A DNA stretch of 64,000 nucleotides from Chloroflexota bacterium (GCA_017853275.1 JAFMJV010000002.1:36888-100887); one strand, 5' to 3'. Counted from the stretch's first letter, positions 47,661 through 58,146 are shown. The notes: generated from the sequence alone by a model not told the origin. Numbers and translations are program-made.

Positions 47661-48038
47661 GTGGCGAAGCGAGTCCGAGGCAGCGGGGTCCGCAACACCC
47701 ATCGGCCGGGCGGCCACCCGCCCGTGCGTTCCGCCGGCGCCCGCTCCACCACCCATCCGGAGACGACCGCGTCGCCGATGGAGGCCGGCCAGGCCGCCGT
47801 CGCACCGGCCGCGCCCGAGCCGGCCGCCGCACCCCTCGTCTCCGCCGCGCCGTCCCGCTCCACCCGCGGCCGAGCCAAGGTGAAGGAGGGGAGCCTCCTC
47901 GCCGAGCGTGCCGCGAAGGAGTACGTCTACGTGGGCGTGGACCTGCGCCGGATCGTCGTCGTGGCGGCGGTCCTCATGGGGACCCTCATCGCCCTCTGGC
48001 TCTTCTTCACGACCGTCGACCCCTTCGGGATCTACTAG
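47661..48038 (+). CDS. Possible small membrane-anchored protein
   Basis: GC3 is near 100% from a GTG at about 47661, or an ATG at about 47778, to the TAG. An Ala/Pro-rich segment is followed by KVKEGSLLAERAAKEYVYVGVDLRRIVVVAAVLMGTLIALWLFFTTVDPFGIY. The stop overlaps rarA by 4 nt. Confidence 0.4.
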   Translation: MAKRVRGSGVRNTHRPGGHPPVRSAGARSTTHPETTASPMEAGQAAVAPAAPEPAAAPLVSAAPSRSTRGRAKVKEGSLLAERAAKEYVYVGVDLRRIVVVAAVLMGTLIALWLFFTTVDPFGIY

Positions 48039-49237
48039 CCGGATCGGCCCTCCGGCTCGCGGGCCGGACGCGGAGCACCCCGTTCCCCGAGGAAGCCGCG
48101 CTTCCGGCGCGCCGCGAGATAGCGCTGACCGGCGGCACCCGCGGGATCGGTCGCCGGATGCCGGTAGGTCTTCGCGGCGGGCCGGATGCCGGGCGGGACC
48201 GGGTCCGCTCCCTCCTCCGCGACGATCCCCAGCGCGCGCCCCAGGGCCGCGCCCGGCCACCAGTCGCGGCCGGCACGGGCGAGATAGCTGACGGTCGCCG
48301 CGAGCGGGTAGTGCGCCTCGGGTAGCCCGACGCGCTCCACGGCATCCAGGCAGGCCACCGCCATCGGGAGGGCGGCCGGGTCCGCCGCACCGACCTCCTC
48401 CCCGGCCGCCACCACGAGCCGGCGCGCGGCATGGCGCCCATCCTCCCCTGCCGCGAGCTGGACGGCGAGCCAGTAGAGCGCCGCCTCCTCGTCCCCCCCG
48501 CGGATGCTCTTGATCATCGCGGAGACCGCCCCGGATCGGTCGTAGGTCGCGGTCCGCGTCTGCGCCGCGCGCAGCACGGTCCGCGCGTCGAGCGGGCCCG
48601 AGCCGTCGGGGAGGAGGCCGGCCGCGGCTTCGAGGATGGAGAGGAGCCGCCGTCCGTCCCCGGATGCGATCCCCACGAGGTTCCGGCGGGCATCCTCGTC
48701 CGGCTCGATCGCGCGCCCGTCCGCGGCATAGGCGGCGAGCCCCCGGTCGATCAGCGTCCCCAGCTCCGCCTCGCCGAGCGGCTCGAGCCGGAGAACGGTC
48801 ATCCGCGAGAGGAGCGGGGCGATCACGGCCCCCGCCATCGGGGGCTCGGTGGTGGCCGCGACGAGGAGGATGCGGCCGCTCTCCACCGCGGCGAGGAGAC
48901 CGTCCTGCTGGTTCTTCGCCAGCCGGTGGAGCTCGTCCACGAAGAGGAGCGGCGCCCGGCCGGCGGCATCGCGGATCCCGTCCGCCTCCGCGAGACGACG
49001 CCGCAGGTCCGGGAGCCCTTCCGCCGTGGCATCCAGGGTCAGGAACGGGGCGCCGATCGCATCCGCGAGGAGCCGCCCCAGGGTCGTCTTCCCGCTCCCC
49101 GGGGGGCCCCACAGGACGATCGCGGGGATCCGGCCCGCTGCGACCCAGCGGCGGAGGACCCCGTCCGGGCCAAGGAGGTGCGCCTGGCCCACGACCTCGT
49201 CCAGGCTCCGCGGGCGGAGCCGTGCGGCGAGCGGCAT
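48035..49237 (-). CDS. rarA: Replication-associated recombination protein A (MgsA/RarA AAA+ ATPase)
   Basis: Motifs are LRPRSLDEVVGQAHLLG, VLWGPPGSGKTTLGRLLA and LLFVDELHRLAKNQQDGLL. Confidence 0.85.
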   Translation of the reverse strand: MPLAARLRPRSLDEVVGQAHLLGPDGVLRRWVAAGRIPAIVLWGPPGSGKTTLGRLLADAIGAPFLTLDATAEGLPDLRRRLAEADGIRDAAGRAPLLFVDELHRLAKNQQDGLLAAVESGRILLVAATTEPPMAGAVIAPLLSRMTVLRLEPLGEAELGTLIDRGLAAYAADGRAIEPDEDARRNLVGIASGDGRRLLSILEAAAGLLPDGSGPLDARTVLRAAQTRTATYDRSGAVSAMIKSIRGGDEEAALYWLAVQLAAGEDGRHAARRLVVAAGEEVGAADPAALPMAVACLDAVERVGLPEAHYPLAATVSYLARAGRDWWPGAALGRALGIVAEEGADPVPPGIRPAAKTYRHPATDPAGAAGQRYLAARRKRGFLGERGAPRPAREPEGRSG

Positions 49238-49483
49238 CCCGTTCCGGTGCGGTCGCGTCCCGAGCTCTTCCGACGAGAACACCCTGCCTCCGCTGAACGG
49301 CGCTGCACCCGGCGGGACGCTCCGGCGGCCTCCCCCCGGGGTCCCACGCTACGATACGGCCTCCCGGGAGAGACCAGCGGCCGGCATCCGCCCGCCGCCC
49401 CGTCCCGGCGTACCGGAGATGCCCCGTGCGCACCGTCCGCTCGTCCCGCCGCCCCTGGCTCGCCCTCCCGACCGGTTCCTCGT

Positions 49484-49513
49484 CGGGTCGCAGCGGCTCG
49501 GGTCGCAGCGGCT
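49484..49513. repeat. Perfect tandem duplication of the 15-bp unit gggtcgcagcggctc in the serA upstream region
   Basis: Read directly as tcgtc[gggtcgcagcggctc][gggtcgcagcggctc]gtgg, about 35 nt upstream of the serA ATG. Coordinates good to about 1 nt. Confidence 0.7.
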
Positions 49514-49547
49514 CGTGGCGGACCGGCGCATCCCCGGAGGCACGCTG

Positions 49548-51104
49548 ATGCGCGTCCTCGTCGCCGAGCCCCTTGCCGAGGAGGGGCTCGCCCTCCTCCG
49601 CCCCCACCACGATGTCGACGTCCGGACCGGCCTCTCGCGCGAGGAGCTCCTCGCCGCGCTCCCGGAGTACGACGCGCTCCTCGTCCGTTCGGGCGTCAAG
49701 GTCGATGCCGCGGCGATCGCGGCCGGCCGCAGGCTCCAGGTGATCGGGCGGGCGGGCGTCGGCGTGGACAACATCGAGCTGGAGCCCGCGACCGCCGCCG
49801 GCATCGTGGTCGTGAATGCCCCGACGGGGAACACGATCGCCGCCGCGGAGCACACGGTGGCCCTTCTCCTCTCCCTCGCCCGGCGCATCCCCGCCGCGGA
49901 TGCCTCGCTCCGGCGTGGCGAGTGGAAGCGCGCCTCGTTCACCGGCCGGGAGATGCGGGGCAAGACGCTCGGCATCATCGGCCTGGGCAAGATCGGGATG
50001 GCCGTGGCGGAGCGGGCCCAGGGCTTCGAGATGGAGATCCTCGGCCACGATCCGTTCGTGACCGAGGAGGCGGCCACCCGGCGTGGGATCCGGCTCGCCT
50101 CCGTGGAGGAGATCCTGCGCAGCGCGGATGCGGTGACCGTCCACGTCCCGATGACCGCGAAGACGAAGGGGATGATCGGCGCGGCCGAGCTCGCGACGAT
50201 GAAGCCCGAGGCGCTGCTCATCAACGTCGCCCGCGGTGGTGTCATCGACGAGCAGGCGCTCGCGGACGCGCTCGCCGCGGGGACGATCGCGGGAGCCGCG
50301 GTGGACGTCTTCAGCGAGGAGCCGCTCCCCGCGGAGAACCCGCTCCGCGGCGCGCCGAACACGATCCTCACGCCGCACCTGGGCGCCTCCACGGAGGAGG
50401 CGCAGACCCGCGTGGCGGTGGAGACCGTGGAGCAGGTCCTGGACGTCCTCGCCGGGCGCTCCGCGCGCTACGCGGTGAACGCGCCGCTCGTGGCACCGGA
50501 GACGGCCCGTGCGATCGCGCCGTACCTGCCCCTCGCGCGGCTCCTCGGCCGCTTCTACGCGCAGTACGCACCGGATCTCGCCGGGCTCACCCTCGAGGTC
50601 GCGGGCGAGCTCGCCACGCACGACACTTCCGCGCTCGTCGCGGCCACGCTCGGTGGGATCCTCGCGGATACCGAGGAGCGGGTGAACGTGGTGAACGCCG
50701 CGGCGATCGCGCGAGCGCGCGGCATCTCGATCGCGGAGCGCAAGGTGGACGACGCGGGTCGCCATGCCGCCCTCCTCACCCTGCGTGGCAGCTCGCTGAT
50801 CGCCGGGACCGTCGCCGGCGGCGAGCCACGCCTCGTCCGGCTCGGGGACTACTGGCTCGACCTCGCCCCCACGGACCACGTCCTCGTGACGCGCCACCGG
50901 GACCGGCCGGGGACGGTCGGGCGGGTCGGCGTCCTCCTGGGCGAAGCGGACATCAACATCAGCGCGATGACGCTCGGCCGCGCCGAGCCGCGCGCGGACG
51001 CGGTGATGGTCCTCACCCTGGATGACGAGCCGGGGGCCGATGTCCTCGCCCGGATCCGGGAGATGGACGCGATCATCGAGCTGTGGTCGATCCGGCTCCA
51101 CTGA
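49548..51104 (+). CDS. serA: D-3-phosphoglycerate dehydrogenase with C-terminal ACT domain
   Basis: Start MRVLVAEPLAEEG with GGAGG 8 nt upstream. NAD site is GIIGLGKIGMAVAERA. Further motifs are LINVARGGVIDEQAL and TPHLGAST, then a C-terminal ACT domain. Confidence 0.9.
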   Translation: MRVLVAEPLAEEGLALLRPHHDVDVRTGLSREELLAALPEYDALLVRSGVKVDAAAIAAGRRLQVIGRAGVGVDNIELEPATAAGIVVVNAPTGNTIAAAEHTVALLLSLARRIPAADASLRRGEWKRASFTGREMRGKTLGIIGLGKIGMAVAERAQGFEMEILGHDPFVTEEAATRRGIRLASVEEILRSADAVTVHVPMTAKTKGMIGAAELATMKPEALLINVARGGVIDEQALADALAAGTIAGAAVDVFSEEPLPAENPLRGAPNTILTPHLGASTEEAQTRVAVETVEQVLDVLAGRSARYAVNAPLVAPETARAIAPYLPLARLLGRFYAQYAPDLAGLTLEVAGELATHDTSALVAATLGGILADTEERVNVVNAAAIARARGISIAERKVDDAGRHAALLTLRGSSLIAGTVAGGEPRLVRLGDYWLDLAPTDHVLVTRHRDRPGTVGRVGVLLGEADINISAMTLGRAEPRADAVMVLTLDDEPGADVLARIREMDAIIELWSIRLH

Positions 51105-51877
51105 CCGGGGGCCCGGTCTCCCTCGTCCTCGTCCGCCACGGCGAGACGACCTGGATCCGCGAAGGGCGCTTCCAGGGCCGGGCCGACCCACCCCTCTCCG
51201 AGACCGGGCTGCGCCAGGCGGCGCGCGTCGCAGACCGGCTCGCCGATCCCGGCGCCGCCCCGGCGCTCCCGATCCCGCCCGGTGCCCCGGGCATCGTCCT
51301 CTCGTCGCCGCTCCGGCGTGCTGCCGTGGTGGCGGACGGGATCGCGGCAGGCTATGGCGTCCGGCCCGAGCACGACCCCGACCTCGCGGAGATCGACCAG
51401 GGCGCGTGGGAAGGCCTGACGACGGCGGAGGTCGTCTCGCGCTACGGGCCCGAGCTCGCCGCGTGGCGCCGGACGCCGGCCGCGGCGCACGCACCCGGGG
51501 GCGAGCCGCTCGTCACCGCCGCCGAGCGGGCGGGGCGAGCCGCCGGCCGCCTCCTCGCACGGATCACCCCGCCGGCCGCCGCGCCGGGTGACCCGGCCGC
51601 GATCCCCGGCAGCCACGTCCTGGGCTACGGCCGTCCCGGGACGGATGGCGAGCCGTGGCCGTGGGCGGTCGTCGTCGCCCACGACGGGATCCTGCGGCTC
51701 CTCCTCCTCGGCCTCCTCGGGCTCCCGATCGAGCGCTACTGGACGGTCCCCTTCGGCCTCTGCGCGATCACCGTCCTGGAGGCGCGCCACGGGATCGTCC
51801 GCCTCCGCGCGCACAACCTCGCGGACCACCTGGACGGGCTCGGGGACGGCGCGGACGGGCGGCCCCCGGCCCGCTGA
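51083..51877 (+). CDS. Histidine phosphatase family protein (phosphoglycerate-mutase-like)
   Basis: LVLVRHGETTW carries the RHG catalytic motif. The probable GTG start overlaps the serA 3' end by about 22 nt. AVVVAHDG is the later His motif. Confidence 0.55.
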   Translation: MVDPAPLTGGPVSLVLVRHGETTWIREGRFQGRADPPLSETGLRQAARVADRLADPGAAPALPIPPGAPGIVLSSPLRRAAVVADGIAAGYGVRPEHDPDLAEIDQGAWEGLTTAEVVSRYGPELAAWRRTPAAAHAPGGEPLVTAAERAGRAAGRLLARITPPAAAPGDPAAIPGSHVLGYGRPGTDGEPWPWAVVVAHDGILRLLLLGLLGLPIERYWTVPFGLCAITVLEARHGIVRLRAHNLADHLDGLGDGADGRPPAR

Positions 51878-51881
51878 CGGC

Positions 51882-54224
51882 TCAGCGCCGGGGACGCCGG
51901 AAGCGCGCCCCGAGGAGAGCGGCCCGCACCCGCCGGTAGGCGCCGAGGAGACCCTCGCTCTCGCCCTCCGGCATCGGTCGCCCGCCGTAGACGAGCGCGA
52001 CGCGCGCCTTCGCCAGGGCGTGGAGCTCCTCCCCCACGGCCGGGAGACGCTCGGCAAGGAGCTCCGTGTACTCGAACGCGGTCTCCGCGGGCACCGGCCG
52101 CCGCCAGGCGGGCGCGGCGAGCCGGACGATCCCCCGCCAGAGGAGCTCCGGGTCGCGTCCCGGGATGCGCACCGTCCGCCACGTCCGGATCCCCACGAGC
52201 GCAAGGACGCCCAGGACGAGCAGGAGGAGGCCCGGCAGGATCGGATCGGGGGGCCCGCCGGGGGCAGGCGGCACGACCGGGGCCACCGCCGGGGTCGGCG
52301 TCGGCTCCGGGGCGAGGGTCGGCGGCGGGTCGGAGAAGGCGGGCGTCGGCTCGGGGAGCTCGGGGTCGGGGGTCGGGGTCGGGACCGGGCGTCCCTCCGG
52401 GAAGCTGCTCGTCTCCTGGCCGTTCGCCGCGTTCCCGCCGGGGGTCGGATCGAAGCGGACCCAGCCGAAGCCCGGGAACCAGACCTCCACCCAGGCGTGG
52501 GCGGCGGACGCCTCCACGACCCACGTGGCGTCACCCGCCTGCCGCCCCGGCAGATAGCCCTGGACGTAGCGCGCCGGGATCGATCGGCTGCGCAGGAGCA
52601 GGGTCATCGCGGTCGCGTAGTGCTGGCAGAACCCGACCCGGCTCCGGAGCAGGCAGTCGACGACCCCCTCCCCCGGCCGGCAGGCGCCCGTGACGTCCGT
52701 CTCGTAGCGGAAGTCCCCGCTCGTGGCGAACCAGCGCTCCATGGCACGGGCCACGTGGTACGGATCCCGCTCATCCTCCGGGAGCGAGGCCACGAGGGCG
52801 GCCGCGATCCCCACCGCCCGGTCGCTCAGGGTCCCCGGCTCCACGCGCGTGTCGTCGAGCGCCCAGGCCGGATAGACGAGCCCCGCCCCGGCGAGCCTCG
52901 CCTGCGTGATCCCCTGGCCCCCTTCCGTGGGCACGAGGACCTCGAGGGCGATCTCCTCTCCGCGCCGGATCCGCCGGACCGGCTCGAGGGCGAGGATGGG
53001 GCCGCCGCCGCTCGCCGTGATGACGTCGACCTCGCGGTCGATCCGCTCGGTGAGCGCCGGGGCGACCACGCTCCCTCCACCGAGCGACCCCGCCTCGATG
53101 AGCACGCGCAGCCGCCGGACGGACCCGGGAAGCGACGCCGCCTCCGCGCTCCCGGCAAGAGCGTCCTCGAGCGTCCCCACGCGCCGCCGCTCGGTCGGTC
53201 CCCGCAGCCAGCCACGACCATCGAACCGGTCGTAGGCGCCTCCGACCCAGTAGAGACCGCGCCCGTCCTCCGTGGTCGCCGTGAAGACGACCGCGTTCGA
53301 GGTCTCCCATGTCGACTCGATCGATGTCCGGTCGCCGAAGGTCCCGCCACCGGTGGCCATCCCGCCACCGAGCCGGCCGAAGATCCGGTCGAGCTCCTCC
53401 AGGATCTCGGGGACCCGGTCGACCTCGCTCCAGCTCGCGGCCAGGGGCGCGGCGGTGAGGCGCGTGGCCACCACCGCCGAGACCGCGAGGGCGCCGACCG
53501 CGAGGAGCATGCCGCCCGCGAGAACGAGCCGGCCCGCGGCACCCGCGTCGATGAAGCCACCCCGGATCCATGCGCTTTGGCGCCGCGCGAGGTTCGTGCG
53601 CAGGACGAGGAGGAGCGCCGCGGCCGTGAGGACGACGAGGGCGGGGTAGAGCTCCGCCACGTCCGCGGCCGGTGAGAGGCAGCTGACGACGACGAGGGCG
53701 GTCACCGCGACGAGGGCGGGCGCGACGAGGCCGCGCCGGAAGAGGTTCCAGCCGGAGAACCAGCCGGTCGTGGCGGCGACGCAACCGACGGCGAGGAGGA
53801 AGCCGGAGGTCTCGTCCGTCCGCGTCCCCTGGACGAAGACCTGTTCATAGAGCCGGGCTGCCGATGCGTTCAGGTCGGCGAGTCGCGCCGCGGCATCCGG
53901 CGCGGCGGAGATCGCATCCGCGCAGGAGATGACGACGAGCGCGGCGGCGACCGCGGCCCCGACGAGGTGGGCGAGGAGGTCGCGCACCGGGAGGAGGGAG
54001 ATGACGAGCGCGAGGATCCCCATCGCCGGTAGGAGGCGCACGAGGAAGGCGGTCTGGCTGGCACCGGAGGGGCCGTTCCCGACCACGGCGGGCGCATCGA
54101 GGATGAACCCCGCCGCCGCGAGCATGACGACGAGATAGAGCACCGAGGACCAGCCGGCGACCGGTGTGCGGAAGCGGCGTCGCCGGGGCGGGATCCCGGG
54201 CTCGGCGGGGAGCGGGGCGCTCAT
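51882..54224 (-). CDS. Transglutaminase-like domain membrane protein (TgpA-type, with C-terminal DUF4129-like region)
   Basis: Multiple N-terminal TM segments, then the transglutaminase core GVVDCLLRSRVGFCQHYATAMTLLLRSRSIPARYVQGY...AHAWVEV. A Pro-rich linker, a TM and a C-terminal helical region follow. Confidence 0.8.
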   Translation of the reverse strand: MSAPLPAEPGIPPRRRRFRTPVAGWSSVLYLVVMLAAAGFILDAPAVVGNGPSGASQTAFLVRLLPAMGILALVISLLPVRDLLAHLVGAAVAAALVVISCADAISAAPDAAARLADLNASAARLYEQVFVQGTRTDETSGFLLAVGCVAATTGWFSGWNLFRRGLVAPALVAVTALVVVSCLSPAADVAELYPALVVLTAAALLLVLRTNLARRQSAWIRGGFIDAGAAGRLVLAGGMLLAVGALAVSAVVATRLTAAPLAASWSEVDRVPEILEELDRIFGRLGGGMATGGGTFGDRTSIESTWETSNAVVFTATTEDGRGLYWVGGAYDRFDGRGWLRGPTERRRVGTLEDALAGSAEAASLPGSVRRLRVLIEAGSLGGGSVVAPALTERIDREVDVITASGGGPILALEPVRRIRRGEEIALEVLVPTEGGQGITQARLAGAGLVYPAWALDDTRVEPGTLSDRAVGIAAALVASLPEDERDPYHVARAMERWFATSGDFRYETDVTGACRPGEGVVDCLLRSRVGFCQHYATAMTLLLRSRSIPARYVQGYLPGRQAGDATWVVEASAAHAWVEVWFPGFGWVRFDPTPGGNAANGQETSSFPEGRPVPTPTPDPELPEPTPAFSDPPPTLAPEPTPTPAVAPVVPPAPGGPPDPILPGLLLLVLGVLALVGIRTWRTVRIPGRDPELLWRGIVRLAAPAWRRPVPAETAFEYTELLAERLPAVGEELHALAKARVALVYGGRPMPEGESEGLLGAYRRVRAALLGARFRRPRR

Positions 54225-55492
54225 CGGATGACCGCCGCGCCACTGCGGCCCGGCGTGACCACCTGCGCACCGAGCGGCCGTCCCGGCTCCAGGACGTGGG
54301 CCTCCACCTCCTGCTCGGCAAGGAGATGGCGGATCGCGCGCAGGTCCCGCTCCCAGGGGGCCCGTTCCGCGTCCGTGAGCGGCGGCTCCCCGAGGCGCTC
54401 CCGGGTCCGCGTCTCGTGGGCGAGCGGATCGACGATCAGCACCGCGCAGCCGACCCCGCGACCCCGGAGGGTGCCGAGCGTGGAGGCCCAGCCACGCTCA
54501 AGCGACGGGGTGACGATGACCGCGGTCATCCCGCGCCGGAGCCGGGCGAGCCCGTCCACGAGGAGCTCACCCACCGGCACGGAGCCATCCGCCCCCACCG
54601 CGGCAAGCAGGTGGAGGACCTTCATCTGCTGGCGCGCCCCACGGTCCGCGGGGATGACGATCCGGCGCGCACCGGCCGCCTCGAGCCCGACCGACCGCCC
54701 CCCCTCCGTCACCCGTGCCGCGACGGAGGCACAGGCACGGACCGCCGTCTCGATCGTGGCATCGTCCCCGGCCCCCGCGTGCAGCTCCCGGTCGAGATCG
54801 AGGAAGAGCCACAGGTCGGCGGTCTGCTCGAGGTCGGATTCCTTCACCTGGAGCTCGCCCTGGCGCGCGGTCGCCTTCCAGTGGATCCGGTTGAAGGCGT
54901 CCCCCGTGACATACGGGCGGACCCCGGTGATGATCGGGGTCGACTGGCGCGAGCGCTCCGGCCGCGAATCGGTCCCCTCGACCCGGGCCGGCGGCAGCCG
55001 CCATGCCGGAAGCGGATCGACCGCGGGATAGACGACGAGCGTGGCACCCGGGCCGGCGCTCGCCTCCGCCGCGAAGACGCCGAACGGGTCGCCCGTCCGC
55101 AGGCGCATCGGATCGACCCGGTAGTGGCCGCGGCGGGTGAGCGGGACCTCCACCGACCAGCTGCGCATGGCGCGCGGCCGGAGGGCGACGATCCGGCCCG
55201 GGATCGGGACCGGGAGGGTCGAGCTGCTCCGCACCTCGATCCAGAGTCGCGGCAGCGGGAGGCGGTTGCGGACGGTATAGGTGGCCCGCACCCGGTCGCC
55301 GACCTGGGCCTGCGGGCGATCGAGCCCGAAGCCCGCCTCCAGGCCCGAGAGCCCGAGACGGGTGAGCAGCCACGCGCCGGAGACGACGATCAGGCCGAGG
55401 AGGAAGAGGAAGTAGAGGACCTGCGCGCCCGTGGAGAGCGCGGCGACGAGAAGGACCCCGCCCGCGAGAAGGAGCTGCGCACGCCGGAGCAT
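54221..55492 (-). CDS. DUF58-domain protein (vWA-like), partner of MoxR
   Basis: Two N-terminal TM segments, then the DUF58 signature YVTGDAFNRIHWKATARQGELQVKE. The stop overlaps the transglutaminase start. Confidence 0.75.
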   Translation of the reverse strand: MLRRAQLLLAGGVLLVAALSTGAQVLYFLFLLGLIVVSGAWLLTRLGLSGLEAGFGLDRPQAQVGDRVRATYTVRNRLPLPRLWIEVRSSSTLPVPIPGRIVALRPRAMRSWSVEVPLTRRGHYRVDPMRLRTGDPFGVFAAEASAGPGATLVVYPAVDPLPAWRLPPARVEGTDSRPERSRQSTPIITGVRPYVTGDAFNRIHWKATARQGELQVKESDLEQTADLWLFLDLDRELHAGAGDDATIETAVRACASVAARVTEGGRSVGLEAAGARRIVIPADRGARQQMKVLHLLAAVGADGSVPVGELLVDGLARLRRGMTAVIVTPSLERGWASTLGTLRGRGVGCAVLIVDPLAHETRTRERLGEPPLTDAERAPWERDLRAIRHLLAEQEVEAHVLEPGRPLGAQVVTPGRSGAAVIR

Positions 55493-55523
55493 CGCTCAGG
55501 CCGGCCGGCGCCCGGCGCCCGGG

Positions 55524-56498
55524 TCAGGCACGCCGGGGGGCACCCCCGTCCGGCGCGAGCGGCCGCTGCTCCACCGGGAGCGCGTCCACGATCTGGCGCA
55601 CGATCGCGCCGGGATCGACATCGCGCACCGAGGCCGCGGTCCGGATGATCAGCCGGTGCGCAAGGGCGGGCTCGGCGAGGGCCTTGATGTCGTCCGGGAT
55701 GACGTACTCCCGGCCAAGGAGCGCCGCGAGCGCCTGCCCGGCACGGTAGAGGGCGATCGAGCCGCGCGGCGAGGCGCCGAGGTAGACGTCCGGATGCGCC
55801 CGCGTGGCCCCCACGAGACGCACGATGTAGTCCGCGATCGCCGGGTCCACGTAGACCTGCCGGACGGCCGCCTGCATCGCGAGGAGCTCATCCACGGAGG
55901 TCACCACCTCCAGGGTGTCCAGCGGATGCGCCTGGCGCTGGGCGTCCAGGATGCGCATCTCCTCCAGCGGCGCCGGATAGCCCATCCGCAGGCGGAGCAT
56001 GAAGCGGTCGAGCTGGGCCTCCGGCAGCGCGAAGGTCCCCTCGTACTCGATCGGGTTCTGCGTCGCGATGACGAGGAAGGGGCGGGGCATCGGCCAGGTG
56101 ACGCCGTCCACGGTCACCTGGCGCTCCTCCATCGATTCCAGGAGCGCCGACTGGGTCTTGGGGGTCGCCCGGTTGATCTCGTCCGCGAGGACGACCTGGC
56201 TGAGGATCGGCCCGGGGCGGAACTCGAACTCCTGCGTCTTCTGGTTGTAGATCGAGAGGCCGGTGACGTCCGTGGGCAGGAGGTCGGGCGTGAACTGGAT
56301 CCGCCGGAAGGAGCAGCCGAGGCTGCGCGCGAGCGCCTTGGCGAGAACGGTCTTGCCGGTCCCCGGGACATCCTCGATGAGGAGGTGCCCGCCGCACAGG
56401 AGCGCGACGAGAGCGAGGCGCACCTCGCGGTGCTTGCCGACGATCACGCGCTCCACGTTCGCCGCGACGCGCTCACCGGACTGCTGGATCTGGGTCAC
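55524..56498 (-). CDS. MoxR-family AAA+ ATPase
   Basis: Motifs are [51 protein letters not shown] and [27 protein letters not shown] start at V154 of ORF 55524..56957. Confidence 0.9.
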   Translation of the reverse strand: MTQIQQSGERVAANVERVIVGKHREVRLALVALLCGGHLLIEDVPGTGKTVLAKALARSLGCSFRRIQFTPDLLPTDVTGLSIYNQKTQEFEFRPGPILSQVVLADEINRATPKTQSALLESMEERQVTVDGVTWPMPRPFLVIATQNPIEYEGTFALPEAQLDRFMLRLRMGYPAPLEEMRILDAQRQAHPLDTLEVVTSVDELLAMQAAVRQVYVDPAIADYIVRLVGATRAHPDVYLGASPRGSIALYRAGQALAALLGREYVIPDDIKALAEPALAHRLIIRTAASVRDVDPGAIVRQIVDALPVEQRPLAPDGGAPRRA

Positions 56499-56607
56499 GG
56501 GGGTCCCTTCGCCGCAGCGCCGCGGCACGAGGCGGGCACGCCGGTCGCGCCGCACCCGGGGATGGTAGCGCCGCGAGGCGGAAGGGCGCGCGCGGCGGCC
56601 CGTCCGG

Positions 56608-58146
56608 TCACGCGCCCGGCTCGACGCGCCGGAGCGCCTCGCGCAGGAGACGGCCACCGATCGGGACCGCACGCTCCGCCCCGAAGCCGCCGTTCTCCAC
56701 CACGACCGCGACGACGAAGCGGGGCGCGTCCGCGGGGACGAACCCCACGAACCAGCTGTGGGGGCGCTCTCCCGGTCCGAGCTCGGCGGTCCCGGACTTC
56801 CCCGCCGTGGGGACGCCGGGGACCTTCGCGCCGCCCGCGAGCCCGGCCGCCCCGGGACCCTCCACGGCCCGGCGCATCGCATCGCGCAGGATGCCGGCGG
56901 TCCCCGGCGAGAGGAGACGGCCGAGCGAGCGCCCGCCGATCTCCGTGACGCTCCCATCCGGGCCCACGAGCCGGTCCGTGAGACGGGGCGCCATCAGCTC
57001 GCCGCCGTTCGCGATCGCCGCCGCCACGAGGGCGACCTGGAGCGGCGTGACGAGCACCTCGGCCTGGCCGAAGCCGGTGCTCGCGAGCTCCGCGCGATCC
57101 GCGAACCCGCCGAGCGGCCCGTCCCCGTCGCCCAGCTGGCCTGCGGCCACGGGGAGCTCGAAGGGAGGGCTGGTGCCGATGCCGAGACGGCGCGCGGTGG
57201 CCGCGAGGGCCTCGGGGCCGGTCTCCAGCGCCGCGTTCGCGAACCAGACGTTGCTCGATACCTCGAGCGCCTCGGCGAGCGTGAGCGGCGCATCCAGCCC
57301 GCTCTCGCGCGGCGCGTCGCGGATCCGGTAGCCATCCACGACGAGCCCCTCGCGCGACCAGCGGGGCTGGCCCGCGAAGGTGGTGGAGGCATCGATCGCC
57401 CCCGATTCGAGGGCGGCCGCCGCGGTGACGAGCTTGAAGACGGAGCCCGGGACGTAGAGGCCCTGGGTGGGCCGGACGAGGAGGGGCGCGGCCGGATCGT
57501 CCCGCAGGGCGTCCAGGGTCTCGCGGGCGGTCGCGCCGGCGGAGAGGGCGCCCATCTCGGCCACCGGGGAGGAGACGAGCGCGAGGATCCGACCGGTCGC
57601 AGGCTCGAGGATGACGATCGCCCCTCGGTCCTCGCCCAGCAGGGAGGCACCGAGTCGCTGAAGCCGGAGATCGATCGAGGTGATGACGTCGTGCGGCGCC
57701 CAGGGATCCGTGCGCAGCTTGCGCAGGAGCTCGCCCGCACCGCCGGGAGGCCGGAGCCCGGTGAGCTCCGCATCCCACGTCCGCTCCAGGCCCGCCGTGC
57801 CGAGGAGGGCGGAGCGGTACCCGGTGATGGGGGCGGCCTCCGGGACCGGGTAGCGGCGCTCCGGCCGGTCCCCTCCCCCGCCCTCGGCGAGGACGCGGCC
57901 ATCCGCGGCAAGGATCCGCCCGGGGACGGCCACCGCCACGGCCGCGAGCCGGCGAGGGTCGAGGGGATCGGCGGAGAGCCGCGCGGCCTCCGCCACCTGC
58001 CACCAGGTCGCGCCCGCGGCGACCCCGCCGAGGAGGAGGACGAGGACGAGCGCGAGCCGCAGGATCGGTCCCTCCATCCGCGGCGCGACCGGGACCGGCC
58101 CCTCCCGGCCCTCCGTCCCGGGCGCCACTCGGCCGCGCGGGCTCAC
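56608..58146 (-). CDS. pbpA: Penicillin-binding protein 2-type D,D-transpeptidase (PbpA-like)
   Basis: SxxK reads GSVFKLV, SxN reads SSNVWF and KSG reads GKSGTA. N-terminal TM is [14 protein letters not shown]. An ATG at 58146 would overlap the rodA stop (ATGA). An alternative start lies at 58077. Confidence 0.85.
   Translation of the reverse strand: MSPRGRVAPGTEGREGPVPVAPRMEGPILRLALVLVLLLGGVAAGATWWQVAEAARLSADPLDPRRLAAVAVAVPGRILAADGRVLAEGGGGDRPERRYPVPEAAPITGYRSALLGTAGLERTWDAELTGLRPPGGAGELLRKLRTDPWAPHDVITSIDLRLQRLGASLLGEDRGAIVILEPATGRILALVSSPVAEMGALSAGATARETLDALRDDPAAPLLVRPTQGLYVPGSVFKLVTAAAALESGAIDASTTFAGQPRWSREGLVVDGYRIRDAPRESGLDAPLTLAEALEVSSNVWFANAALETGPEALAATARRLGIGTSPPFELPVAAGQLGDGDGPLGGFADRAELASTGFGQAEVLVTPLQVALVAAAIANGGELMAPRLTDRLVGPDGSVTEIGGRSLGRLLSPGTAGILRDAMRRAVEGPGAAGLAGGAKVPGVPTAGKSGTAELGPGERPHSWFVGFVPADAPRFVVAVVVENGGFGAERAVPIGGRLLREALRRVEPGA

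Noticed and set aside
49484-49513. CRISPR-like or minisatellite array
   Set aside because: Only two 15-bp copies with no spacers. No other repeat arrays or cas genes were seen in the window.
49238-49547. Glycine/serine riboswitch or T-box leader upstream of serA
   Set aside because: The gggagagacc stretch is superficially similar. I could not find the conserved glycine-riboswitch cores or a T-box specifier and antiterminator pattern by eye. This needs an Rfam scan.
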